64,000 nt of DNA from the human T2T-CHM13v2.0 reference genome, Homo sapiens. The DNA is taken from the NCBI RefSeq assembly GCF_009914755.1, contig NC_060927.1; one strand, written 5' to 3'. The notes beneath the pieces are model-generated. The model did no database searches and was not told where the DNA came from. It worked only from the letters and a program-made list of their open reading frames with translations. Shown here one piece after another: positions 1-18,561 of this stretch. The stretch's first letter is position 1; the number at the start of each line of letters is the position of its first letter. Position numbers and translations under genes: made by a program.

Positions 1-237
1 CAGCCATGTGATCTAAATATTACTATTATTCCCGTACAACTCATCAATGCAGAATAAGGATTTGAACTTGAATCTGACTCCAGTACCTCACTATGCCTGG
101 ACTTCCCACGGTTTCCTGGGAGGTAGTATGGTGCTGTGGTTCCGAGCTTGGCTTTTGGAGTCAGACCTATTAACTACTTGCTTAATCTCACTGGGCCTCA
201 GTTCCTACCTCGTGGGGTTATGTAAAGATTAAATGTG

Positions 238-529
<292 letters not shown>

Positions 530-1384
530 GATTAAATGTGGCAACACACATAAAGTACATGGAGTAGTTGTTGTTATGATTATTATTGTAATTACTAGAG
601 AAGTCTTGCATTCTGGAAAGCCATTTGATCCAGTAGATTCCCTCTAGTTCTAACCAACTTGGGACCCTGTGACTAGTCAGCCATCCAAGCCAACAAAGGT
701 ACTAAAATAAAAATGGTGAACCAATCACTCTAAAAATATAGGGGGGGCTGGCCAATACTTCATTAAACTTGACCAACCATGTTGTAATTGTTCTCTTGAT
801 ATTTATCAATGAGCTTCTGCACCAACAGCTCTCCTAGTTTAGGATCTAGGGAAACCCAGGAAAAATGCACTGTGTTGACTCTCACCCTCCCCTCCCCTCC
901 CCTCACTATTAAAGACCAGCCCAGCATTTGGAGGAAGGCCTGACCTCCAGCTATTTTGGAGGGACCTATCTCCTATCAGGGGCTGATTCTGGTGGGAGCT
1001 GGGAGTGTTATTTACTGGCCAAGGTCTGCTCCAAAGTAAACATGTCATCACATTCCTCACAGCCTGTAACCTCCACAGGGAGAAGTTGGGCCATTGTGGA
1101 GCAAGGGAGGTGAAGAAACCTTATCTCACTCCATTTCAGCAGGATCCCACTTCATATACTCTTCAGGGAAGACATGGGGGAGAAAAAGGAATAGATCATC
1201 TTAAATGAGTTGAACAAAAGAGCACCTTGGTGCACTTATCCTCTGCAGTGATAGGTAGGGGCGATGAGATTTAGAAGACAAACCTTTTATGTAGTGAAAG
1301 AGCATGCATTTTTTTTCCGTGGGTGTGCCTTTGAATTTATCCTTATTGCCTTTTTTCTGCTCATAAAAGTCAAACAGACTTGTA

Positions 1385-1683
1385 GGCTGGGCGCGGTGGC
1401 TCATGCCTGTAATTCCAGTACTTTGGGAGGCCGAGGCTGGTGGATCACTTAAGGTCAGGAGTTTGAGCCCAGCCTGGCCAACATGGCGAAACCCTGTCTC
1501 TACTGAAAATACAAAAATTAGCCGGGCGTGGTGGTGAGTGCCTGTAGTCCCAGCTACTCAGGAGGGTGAGGCAGGAGAATCATTAGAGCCCAGGAGGCAG
1601 AGGTTGCAGTGAGCCGAGATCACACGACTGCATTCCAGCCTGGGTGGCACAGGGAGACTCCGTCTCAAAAAAGAAAAAAAAAA
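1385..1683 (+). mobile_element. AluS
   Basis: Full dimer, A tail. Confidence 0.92.
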
Positions 1684-1834
1684 TTGAAACACACTTGTTC
1701 TTCCTTCCTTCCTTCTTCCTTTTGATGTAATTTTGTTTTGACGTAATTGACATACAGTAAACTGTACATATTTGAAATGTACAATTTTATAAGTTTTGAT
1801 ACCCACCCATGTATGTATATACACACACAGGAGC

Positions 1835-1879
<45 letters not shown>
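1835..1879. repeat. (TA)n(TG)n compound microsatellite
   Basis: Seen directly. Confidence 0.95.
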
Positions 1880-1881
<2 letters not shown>

Positions 1882-1960
1882 CATGCATGTATGTGTGTAT
1901 CCATGAAACCATTACTACAATCAAAACAGTGAACATATTCATCACCCCAGAAAGTTTCCA

Positions 1961-2255
1961 GGCCAGGCACAGTAGCTCACACCTATAATCCCAACATTTT
2001 GGGAGGCCAAGGAGGGAGGATTGCTTAAGCTCAGGAGTTTCAGACCAGCCTGAGAAACATGGTGAAACCCCATCTCTATTAATAATACAAAAATTAGCTG
2101 GGTATGGTGGTGCATGTCTGTAGGCCCAGCTACTCGGGAGGCTAAGGCCAGAAGATCACTTGCACCCAGGAGACGGAGGCTGCAGTCTGCCGTGATGGCA
2201 CCACTGCACTCCGGCCTGGATGACAGCGGGAGACCCTGCCTCAAAAAGAAAAAAG
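1961..2255 (+). mobile_element. Alu (J/S)
   Basis: Dimer; TSD agaaagtttcc. Confidence 0.9.
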
Positions 2256-2723
2256 AAAGTTTCCTTATATTCTTTTGTAATCTCCTCCTTCCATCTCTCT
2301 CTGCTTACCCCCTACATCTCCAGGCAAACACTGATCTGCCTTCTGTCACTATAGAGTAGGTGGCATTTTCTAGAATTTTATATAAGATGGAATCATACAG
2401 TATGCACTTTTTTTTTTAACTGGCCTTGCCCCCTTCACTTAGCATAATTATTGTTAGATTCGTCTGTGTCCGTGTCATTGTGTGCGTGGTAGGTAGTTCC
2501 TTTCCACTGCTCAGGTTGATTCCATTGTCTGGATGCTCCAGTTTGTTCATCCATTCACTTGTTAATGGACCTTTGGGTTGTTTCTACATCTTGGCAATTA
2601 TAAACAAAGCTGGTATGAACATCCAAGTACACATGCTTTTATTTCCCTTGGGTCATTACCTAGAAGTGGAATGGTTGGATCATAGAGTAGGGTATGTTTA
2701 ACTTTTTAAGAAACTGTTTCCCT

Positions 2724-3674
<951 letters not shown>

Positions 3675-3709
3675 CTATGATGCATCCCTACCAACAGTGT
3701 ATGTTTTCA

Positions 3710-4066
<357 letters not shown>

Positions 4067-4409
4067 TTATCATTTTACCTCATCATGATTGCCTTGGCCC
4101 ACTGCTATAAATCCTTTCAGGGTTTATTTTTTTTCTTATCCATGTACAGAACTGGACTGAGACATATAGGTGCCCTGGGCAGCCTAAAAAGTTGGCATCC
4201 CCTCAACCTCATATTTGTAAGATAGTTTTTCAAAATGTATTTAGGCAGAATGTGGAGAAACCAATTTTCTGTTAATGAAAAATAACATTCCTCTTTCTTT
4301 TCAAAATAAAGGATTTATTACAGGCACAGAATGTAAGCTGGCCTTTTGACTTATTTGGAATTGTCTTGGAATTGTAGTTCTCCAAGCCAGTCAGCTTTTT
4401 GGAGCTGCC

Positions 4410-4801
<392 letters not shown>

Positions 4802-5081
4802 TGACCTGACAAGTCCTGAGAGAATCTGTAGCTGGACTCTAGTGCTGGGGAGGAGGGTGTTTTCGTTTCCCCCAGTGGGTGCTATATACCTCTGATCACC
4901 GGGGGTTACAGGTCCACCTCATGTGGAAACCTGAGTTACCTGGCACCGTGTTTCCATTTCTTTCAGTCCTGTTTTGGCTCCCCTCCTAGACTGGTTCCCT
5001 GGGAGGCTGCCCGGCTGATGAGCAACTTAATCCATACATACATTAACATACATTAATCCATACATTAACATATATTAGTGC

Positions 5082-5310
5082 TTTTTTTTTTTTTATTTAC
5101 AGACAGAATCTCACTATGTTGCCCATGCTGGTCTTAAACTTCTGGGCTCCAGTGATCCTCCTACCTCAGCCTCTCAGCCTTCCAAGTAGTTGTAGAGATG
5201 GGGGTCTTGCTATGTTGCCCAGGCTGGTCTCAAACTCCTGGGCTGAAACAATCCTCCTGCCTCAGCCTCCCAAAGCACTGGATTATAGGTGTGAGCCACC
5301 ACACTTGGCT
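5082..5310 (-). mobile_element. Two FLAM-like Alu monomers inside one TSD
   Basis: TSD ttagtgcttttt on both sides. Confidence 0.75.
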
Positions 5311-5315
5311 GTTAG

Positions 5316-5717
<402 letters not shown>

Positions 5718-5768
5718 TAAATATTCAGATAAGCCTATATAGATCCATTACATTCTTTTAAGAAGTAC

Positions 5769-5902
5769 AGCTGAGTGCAGTGGTTCATCCCTGTAATCTC
5801 AGCACTTTGGGAGACCAAGGTGGGAGGATCACTTGAACCCAGGAGTTGGAGACCAGCCTAGGTGACATAATAAGACCCCATCTCTAAAAAAAAAAAAAAA
5901 AA
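5769..5902 (+). mobile_element. FLAM / Alu left monomer
   Basis: Single monomer plus A tail. Confidence 0.85.
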
Positions 5903-5949
5903 ATTATTTTAAAAGTGCCAAAGTAGCCCATCTGATGGATGTACTGTAA

Positions 5950-6382
<433 letters not shown>

Positions 6383-6481
6383 TAGTGGGACCACATGTTA
6401 TCAGTCCACTAGTGAGGGATATTTAGCTTGCTGTAAAAAGTGCTGCAATAAACTTCCTTGAAGATACATTCTGGAGTGCTA

Positions 6482-7049
<568 letters not shown>

Positions 7050-7844
7050 TCACTTCACCTTTCCGAGCTCTCCCCACTCCATAGCAATTCAATGAGTGAT
7101 CATAAACGCCTCCACTCTTTTAGATAATAGGGATAAGAATAAACACTCTGTTCTCGGGCGCTCTGAGAATAATACTGCTAACTCTGGCTGGCGGAGGAGT
7201 AGATGAGATAAGGACAGAAAAGGGCTTTGTCAGCGTAAAGCCATTCGCAAAGGGGAAGCTCTGTTCCAGTTGGAAGGCAGACTGGCTTTGCCAGGTGAGC
7301 AGTAGCTAGACAGTTTTCTTTAGCAGAAAAGTGCTCTGTGGCATTTGTCTGCAGTTAAAACAAAATAAAACAGAGTCACACAAAAATCTTCTAAAGAAGT
7401 GAAAGTCAGACTGGGTGGAGGAAGACAGCCCACTCATTTGCAAATTGCACATGTGAGATTCTAGTGAGACTAAGGTGGGGTGTGAGGCATGCTCTGGCCA
7501 TGGGTTCCACCTTGGGCTGGGAAGGGCCAGTGGGAGGAAGTTGAGGCCCTTAGCAGGCCCTGATTCCCCACCTCTGCTGAGGAACAACACGCAGATGTGG
7601 AGTGAAGGGTGGCTGCCGCCTTCATTCTCTTACCACAGAAAGGTAAGCTGTGCTTTGGGCAGTTAGGGCTGTGTGTTCTGAAGGATTGAAGAGATCTCCA
7701 AGATGCAGAGCTGGCTTCTAGAGTCGGTTAGACTAGGGTTCAAATTCAGATTCTGACACTTAATACCCACAGGAGCTTGCATAGGGGACTTTCTCTTTGA
7801 GCCTCAGTTTCCCAACTTGTGCTACAGGGATGATAATGTTAGTA

Positions 7845-8188
7845 CAGTAGTTCTCCTTTGTCCACAGTTTCACTCTCCATGGTTTCAGTTTGCTACAGCT
7901 AACTACAATAAAAAAAACATGGAAAATTCCAGAAAGAATTCATGTTTTACATTGCACACCGTTCTGAGTAGCGTGATAAAATCTCACCCTGTCCCACCCT
8001 GTCCTGCCTGGGACGTGAATCATCCCTTTGTCCAGTGTGTACACATGCTGTCTACGCCACCTGCTCATGGTCCTCTTAGTTATCAGATTGAAAAAGCATG
8101 GGAAATATAGGATTCAGCACTGTGGGCAGCCTCACGCATTCACTGGAGGTCTTAGAACATGTGTGTCACAGATAAGGGGGGACTATTG
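7845..8188. mobile_element. MER44/Tigger7-family TcMar MITE inserted in a MIR
   Basis: TIRs cagtagttctcctttgtcc / gataaggggggactattg, TA at both ends. Confidence 0.82.
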
Positions 8189-8235
8189 TATCACACTCAG
8201 TAACACACACAGTATTCTTGAGATTTAAAAAAGGA

Positions 8236-8553
8236 TGCGGTGGCTCACGTATGTAATCCCAACACATTGGGAGGCAGAGGCAGGCAGATCACTTGAGTCC
8301 AGGAGTTTGAGACCAGCCTGAGCAACATGGAAAGACCCCTATCTCTACAAAAAATACAAATATTTGGGCGTGGTGGTGATGTGCACCTGTGGTCCCAGCT
8401 ACTCACAAGGCTGAGGTGGAAGGATCGCTTAAGCCTGGGAGGTCCAGGCTGCAGTGAGCTGCCATGACACCTTCGCAATCTGCCTTGGTGACGGAGTGAG
8501 ACCCTGTCTCCAAAAAAAAAAAAAAAAAAAAAAAGAAAAAAGAAAAGAAAAAA
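8236..8553 (+). mobile_element. AluJ
   Basis: Diverged dimer, long A tail. Confidence 0.88.
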
Positions 8554-8759
8554 GATAACCCATGTTAAGATACTTAGTGTGGCATTTCTTACATCTGTGA
8601 GGATCAAAGGAGAGACTATAGATACAATCACTTAGCCCACTGTGTGAATAAACAGACAGTAGAGAATTGCTGTCATGAAAATTGCTCTGCCCTGCCCCTT
8701 CTGATCTCCACCTTGGCTGCTGGATTAAGAGTGGGAGGGTTGGAGTGAAGGCCTGTGCC

Positions 8760-8888
8760 TTCTTTTTTATTTTTTGAGTCAGGGTCTCACTATGTTGCCC
8801 AGGCTGGTCTCCAACTCCTGCGCTCAAGAAATCCTTCCACCTCAGCCTCCCGAATGGCTGGGATTGCAAGGATGAGCCCCCCGGCCGG
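8760..8888 (-). mobile_element. FLAM / Alu monomer
   Basis: Antisense single monomer. Confidence 0.8.
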
Positions 8889-9639
8889 ACTCCCATGCCT
8901 TCTTCAAGCAGCCTGCCTGCCAGCAGCCCCTGCCTTATCTCAGGTCAAGGCTGGCTGGTGGCGCCATTTTGAATCTGGAACTGCAAAATGCCATTATCTT
9001 TTGCTACCTGGTGGGGAAGGCCTGCCCTCCCAGCACTCCTCCTCTTCTTCCCACCTGAGTGGGCTTCCTCCCAGCACCCTACCCAGATGGTCTTAGGACC
9101 TTCACAGCCAGACTGGGGCTGGGGGGTGAGCACACCCACCTGTCTAGGGAGCTGTTGAGAAACCAGCTCCTCCTTCCTCTCAGGGTGGAGGCAAAGGAAA
9201 TATGCTTCTTTATATTTTGCTTCTCTTTCTTGGTGGCAGGGTGTGGACATTGGTGTAAAATTACAACTGAGAAGGCCCCCGCCCTGGGGTGAGGACTCCT
9301 GGGGCCCCACCCTGGGGAGGACATGAATTCATTTTGCAAGTCCTGACTCTCTATCTCTATTTCCTTTGGAAAGCGGGCTTCTAAATCTGGAACCTTCAGC
9401 CTGCATTCTTTGGATGTTCAGTCATGAAGGTGCAGTGATGATCATGATAATAGCAGTATTAACTCCCTCAGTTGATACTTATTTGCTAAGTGCTATGCCC
9501 CCAGTTTCTCATTTATCAGAAACTCCTGGAAGACATGTTAACAATGGCGGTTACCTGTAAGGAAACAAACTCTGGGTAGCTCCAGGTCCTTGCAGTTAAT
9601 CATAACTGTTCCCGGGGGACTTTTTTAGTATCCACGCTC

Positions 9640-9790
9640 TGCCACTCTGTGATCTCAGGCATATGACTACCCCTTTCAGCCTCAGTTGCCTTACCTGTAA
9701 AATGGGGATAATAACAACACCTCCTAGGGTTCTTGTGAAGACTAAATGAGATAACATCAGTACTCCAGAAATGGAAGCTTCTATTACTAT
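9640..9790 (+). mobile_element. MIR
   Basis: cctcagttgccttacctgtaaaatggggataataa core. Confidence 0.75.
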
Positions 9791-9960
9791 GGCCACCACT
9801 ACTTTTACTATTACAAATATCCTGACATTAATATAATGACTACAATAGTGGACCCCAGGACACTGAGAAACCACAGAATGAAGGTTCACCTGGGACCCCT
9901 CTCACAGAGCTGGGATTCCTGAATTGTGCAAGTGGGTTTCACATATAGAAATGGAAGTCC

Positions 9961-10700
<740 letters not shown>

Positions 10701-10854
10701 ATAGATTAAAAAATAAATAAATAAATAAAAGAAAAAAAAGAAAGAAAGAAATGGAGGTCCCAAGGTTAGGATCTTGGTGAGACCACTATGGGTTGCCAAC
10801 TTATTCACTGGTTTATTTCAACATCAAGCCTATCTCTACTCCTGCACTGACCCA

Positions 10855-11205
10855 CAGGAAAGCCACCAGTAGCCAAAGGTGGCTGTTGAGCACTTGAAAT
10901 GTGCCAGTCTAAGCTGAGATGTTTTTTAAGTACGAAATACATATTGGATTTCAAAGACAGTACCCAAACAAAGTAAAAATATAAAAATACTTTAAAATAT
11001 CAATTGCATTTTGAAATGATAGCATTTTAGATCTTCTGGGTAGGGCGATCAGCTTGTTCTGGTTTGTCAGGGACTTTACTGGTTGCAACACTGATAGGTC
11101 TGCATCCCAGGAGATACCTTAGTCCTGGGCAAACCTGGTCATTTGGTCACCCTACTATCGGGTTAAGTATATAATTGTCATTAATTTTACCTGTTTCTTT
11201 TTACT
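10855..11205. mobile_element. MER33 (hAT-Charlie) remnant
   Basis: gtggctgttgagcacttgaaatgtg...ttaattttacctgtttctttttac. Confidence 0.72.
11041..11154. mobile_element. MER81 (hAT-Blackjack MITE) nested in MER33
   Basis: 114 bp with TIRs tagggcgatca / tggtcacccta. Confidence 0.8.
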
Positions 11206-11497
11206 TTTTTTTTCTTTTTTTGAGATGGAGTCTTGCTCTGCCACCCAGGGTGCGATGGCGCAGTCTCGGCTCACCGCAACCACAGCCTCCTGGGTTCAAG
11301 TGATTCTCCTGCCTCAGTCTCCGGAGTAGCTGGGGTTACAGGCATGCACCACCATGCCCGGCTAATTTTTGTATTTTTAGTAGAGATGGGATTTCACCAC
11401 GTCGGCCAGGCTGGTCTCGAACTCCTGACCTCAGGTGATCCACCTGCCTTGGCCTCGCAAAGTGCTGGGATTACAGGTGTGAGCCACCGTGCCTGGC
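11206..11497 (-). mobile_element. AluS
   Basis: Antisense dimer; TSD ctttttactttt. Confidence 0.9.
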
Positions 11498-12035
11498 ACC
11501 TTTTTACTTTTTGAATGACACTTAGAGGGGAGCCTTAGCACATTAGTGGCTGTTGGGCGGAGTTGATCACATTTGCTCATTTCACCTAGCAGGGAGGAGG
11601 GCCCTGGGAGTCACACTGGCTGATAAGTTTTGATGGATGAGTGCGAATGGAGGAAAGTATGAGGAACTGAGGGCCTTGGTCGTGGGGGAGGAAGAGGTTA
11701 CCAACTCTGCCTGGAGTGAATCTGCTGCTCAGGGGCCCACGGAATGGACAAAACCATGTCCCAGGCTTGGGGAGACCACGGGGACCCTTGGGCAAAATAC
11801 AGCCTTTGGAGTTAGACCCAGGTTCAAGTCCAGCTTTGTCCAGTCATTACTAGCTGACCAATAGCAAATCTTATCACTTAATCACTAATGAGGGGAACAA
11901 GCATTCAAATATAGTCATGTGTACATAATGACATTTCTGTCAACAACAGACAGCACAACACATTACTGTTGTGTTTGTGGTGATGCTGGTGTAATCATAA
12001 CCTTCTGTGCTGCAGTCCAGTAAAAATATAGCACA

Positions 12036-12560
<525 letters not shown>

Positions 12561-12601
12561 AACATACTTGTTTATTATCAAATATTATATACTGTACATA
12601 A

Positions 12602-12959
<358 letters not shown>

Positions 12960-12964
12960 AATAA

Positions 12965-13450
<486 letters not shown>

Positions 13451-13663
13451 TCTAAGGTTAATTTCTTATTGCAGAAGAAAAAGATTAAAAAAATAAACTT
13501 AGTATAGCCTCAGTGTACAGTGTTTATAAAGTCTACAGTAGTGCACAGTAATGTCCTAGGCCTTCACAGTCACGTACCACTCACTCACTGACTCACCCAG
13601 AGCAAATGCCAGTGCTGCAAGCTCCATTCATGGCAAGTGCCCATACAGGTAGACTATTTTTAT

Positions 13664-14024
<361 letters not shown>

Positions 14025-14408
14025 TAGATTCACAAATACTTATTGTAACAATTGCCTACAGTATCAATATAGTAACTTGCTGTACAGGTTTGTAGCCCAG
14101 GGGCAACAGGTGATCCCCTCTAACCTGGATGTGTGGTCGCCTGTACCATCTAGGTCTGTGTGAACACACTCTCTGGTGTTCCTATCATGACAAAATCCTC
14201 TAGCATTCCTGTTGTTAAGCAACACATGAGTGTAGTTACTGAGTCCCTATTGTGAGCCAGGGCCGGGTAATATATTCTCTCCCCCAGGCTGTTGTGACCA
14301 TTTCCAGTGAGTCAGTTCATCTGTCTGAACAAAGCACTCTGGCATTGATTGTATGCAAATAACCTGTTACAGAATGGTTCTACCCATAAACTGGCTGGCC
14401 TCTTTTGA

Positions 14409-14916
<508 letters not shown>

Positions 14917-15268
14917 TGAAAGAAATTGCTTTGCACTGTGCTTGGCACAGAGGAACAGCAGGTGTTCATTCAATGCTTGCTGTTGTAATTATTCAGGCTT
15001 TTATCAACAGAGGGCTGGCCTGAGACTCTGCCATATCTCAGAACCTAGCACAGAACCTGGATGAGTACAGAGTAAGTGCTCAATGTATGCTGTGGTAGGC
15101 AGAGTAATAGCCCCCAAAGACGTTCACATCCTAACTCTCAGGACCTGTGAACATTCCCTTAAATGGCAAAGGGGAATTAAGGTTGCAAACAGGATTAGGG
15201 TTCTTAATCAGCTGATTTTAAAATAGGGAGATCATGTTGGACTAACCAGCTGGCCCAATGTCATCTTA

Positions 15269-15667
<399 letters not shown>

Positions 15668-15700
15668 GGAAGATGTGCCTATGGAGAGAGGACTGTCTGA

Positions 15701-16099
<399 letters not shown>

Positions 16100-16369
16100 T
16101 AGAAAACACAAGGAAACAGATTCTTCCCTACAGCCTCCAGAAGGGAATGCATCCTGCCAACACTTTGTTTTTAGCTCAGCAAGACCTGTGTGGGCCATCG
16201 AACCTACAGAACTGAAGGATAATACATTTGTGGGTGTGTGTTTTCAAAGACACTAAGTTTTGGTAACTTGTTACAGCAGTAACTGGAAACTAAGACATGC
16301 AACAAGCCTTATTGTTCATTTTTACCACCACTACTGGGCTGTTGGTTATGGTGGAATTACACTTTTCTC

Positions 16370-16495
16370 TTCCATTAGGCTGTGTGAACTCCTTGAGGTT
16401 GTGCAATACGTTTGTCTGATTTACTACTGGTTAGCAGGCTCTGAGAAGAATGGCTGGTACACAGGCGGAGCTCAATAAAAGCCCTTACTGAATTT
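16370..16495 (+). mobile_element. L2 3' end remnant
   Basis: ctgtgtgaactccttgagg...tggctggtacacag...ctcaataaa. Confidence 0.55.
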
Positions 16496-16754
16496 TATTC
16501 AATCTATATGTGGATGAAGACCTCCGCCCCGCGCGCCCCTCCCGCAAGTCCCACTGAGGCCCGACCCATTCTGTCCGGCTCCCAGCCCCCGCGGGTCCCC
16601 CCACCCCGGGGCTGACCGGGTGATTCAGGCAGCCCTACATCCTGCTGGGGTGGTGGGCTTCGAGCGCGGGTCCCAGGACGCAGTGGGGCGCAGTGCCTGC
16701 GGCAGGCGGCAGGAGGCGAGCGTGGCCCAGGAACTCCCGCGGGAGGGTCGGGAC

Positions 16755-16796
16755 GGGGCGGGGCTTGGGGGCGGGGCGGCTCAGCGCGCAGGCGCG
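16755..16796 (+). promoter_or_regulatory. Two GC boxes (Sp/KLF) and an NRF1-like site
   Basis: GGGGCGGGGC at 16755-16764 and 16768-16777; CGCGCAGGCGCG at 16785-16796. Confidence 0.7.
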
Positions 16797-16809
16797 GGGC
16801 CAGGCGCCT

Positions 16810-16977
16810 CGCGCGGCCAGGGGCGGGCGGCCGCAGAGCAGCACCGGCCGTGGCTCCGGTAGCAGCAAGTTCGAACCCCGCTCCCGCTCCGCTTCGGTTC
16901 TCGCTCCTTCGGCCCTTGGGCCTCCAAACACCAGTCCCCGGCAGCTCGTTGCGCATTGCGCTCTCCCCGCCACCAGG
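16810..16977 (+). other. FLNB: FLNB 5' UTR part of exon 1 (start approximate)
   Basis: GC-rich, ATG-free stretch between the GC boxes and the start codon; exact TSS cannot be read from sequence. Confidence 0.6.
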
Positions 16978-17269
16978 ATGCCGGTAACCGAGAAGGATCT
17001 AGCTGAGGACGCGCCTTGGAAGAAGATCCAGCAGAACACGTTCACACGCTGGTGCAACGAGCACCTCAAGTGCGTGAACAAACGCATCGGCAACCTGCAG
17101 ACCGACCTGAGCGACGGGCTGCGGCTCATCGCGCTGCTCGAGGTGCTCAGCCAGAAGCGCATGTACCGCAAGTACCATCAGCGGCCCACCTTTCGCCAGA
17201 TGCAGCTCGAGAATGTGTCCGTGGCGCTCGAGTTCCTGGACCGTGAGAGCATCAAGCTCGTGTCCATCG
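16978..17269 (+). CDS. FLNB: Filamin B coding exon 1 (97 codons + 1 nt; N-terminal calponin-homology actin-binding domain)
   Basis: Translation [97 protein letters not shown] is the filamin B N-terminus; ATG in ccaccaggATG; ends at canonical donor ATCG|GTGAGT (phase 1). Confidence 0.98.
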
Positions 17270-18371
17270 GTGAGTTCTCTGGCCGGGCCCAGGCGCCCAC
17301 TGTGGTGCCGACCCGCCCCCGCGCGTGCACCCCTGCGGAGGGCGAGGATTTCCCGCAGCGCGCCCCCACCTCGGAGATAAGGGGGAGTCGTCCCCAGGGG
17401 TGGGATATAGGGGGCCTAGACCCCCTCCCCGGTGTCTTCCCCTGGGATGGGACCTGTTGTGATCGCTCCCCGCCATCCGCCCCAGCAGTGCACCTTTGGC
17501 TGGCTAAGGGTTGAGGGTTTGGGCTGGGGTCACAGGAGGAGAGGTGGAGTTGTTGCATTTCTCTACACCTGGGGCGCCCCTATGGGAGCTAGGGGACTAG
17601 AAACCCTCGTTCGCTGTCCCCGGGGGCGGGCCCTAGGGTCAGATGCTCCGCGGAGTGCTCTCCCTGCTGCGCCCAGGTTGGTGCTCTCAGAGGCAGCTGA
17701 ATGGGCGTTGGCTCGGAGGCCGGGCCGTGAGACCTGAGGAGGAACCGTTCTCTGCGCCTGGGGCCTCCCTGCCCAGGTGGAGACAGAGACCTGGTACCTT
17801 CCCCTGCCGTCGCTGGAATGGGTGTGGGCCCCGAGGTTGCAAGGGTAGGCGCGGGTGTGTGTCCTCGCTCTCTCTGCTCCCAGCTCAGCTCTGGCCGCGC
17901 GCCGCAGGTTGAACCCACTCCTTGCTGCCGAAGTTATAATTTAGAGATGGTGGTGGTAACAGTAATTGCTGTCTTGTAGGGAGCCCAACTAGCGTCCACT
18001 GTGTACCGTCAGCCTTCTAAGTTATCTCCGTCCCTACGCATCCTGCCATCTGGGGTGAGGCTAGACCCATTTTACAGATAAGGGGGTCCGGAGGGTTAAT
18101 TGACCTGTCCAAGGTCAGCAAGTAGGGCCCAGCTGAGAACTGAAGGAAGTGGGCAACAGTTAGAAGGAGGCTTTGTTTTCCTCTCCTCTCCCAAACCTAC
18201 ACCAGGGTCTTCCTGAAAGGAGGGAGGGAATTGGTGTCTCTTGCTGGACTGGGCCTTCTGGTCTGGGGAGGAAGAATAAGGATGAAGTCTCCCTTGTGGT
18301 CTGAGATAGTTGGAGGCTTCCCAGAGGGCCACAAGGCTACTGATAGTGTGGGCTGTGATGGTAGGGGCTGT

Positions 18372-18561
18372 GATGTGTGTGTGCATGTGGGTGTTTGTGC
18401 AGAGAACGTGTGTACACACATAGCATGTGTGTATAGCATGTGCATATGCAAAGAGTTTGCATGTACACGGAATGTATGCAGAGAATGTGTATCCACCTAC
18501 ACGTGTGTATGGGTGTGTGTATGTGTGTGTGTGTATGTGGGTGGGTGGGTGTGGGTTGGGG
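18372..18561. repeat. TG/CA-rich low-complexity tract ending in (GGGT)n
   Basis: Seen directly. Confidence 0.85.

Larger units (their letters stand above)
16520..17910. promoter_or_regulatory. CpG island / TATA-less promoter of FLNB
   Basis: Abrupt rise in GC and CpG density spanning promoter, exon 1 and the start of intron 1. Confidence 0.92.

Noticed and set aside
8961-8971. Isolated YY1-like GCGCCATTTTG
   Set aside because: Single short motif with no supporting context
16950-16961. TGCGCATTGCGC as an NRF1 site
   Set aside because: Half-site spacing is one base longer than the consensus
16693-17514. 273-aa ORF as a complete protein
   Set aside because: Starts at GTG in the promoter and reads through the splice donor; only 16978-17269 is filamin
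16504-17918. Overlapping antisense and alternative-frame ORFs across the CpG island
   Set aside because: Expected from GC richness and the shadow of the FLNB codons; no recognisable domain
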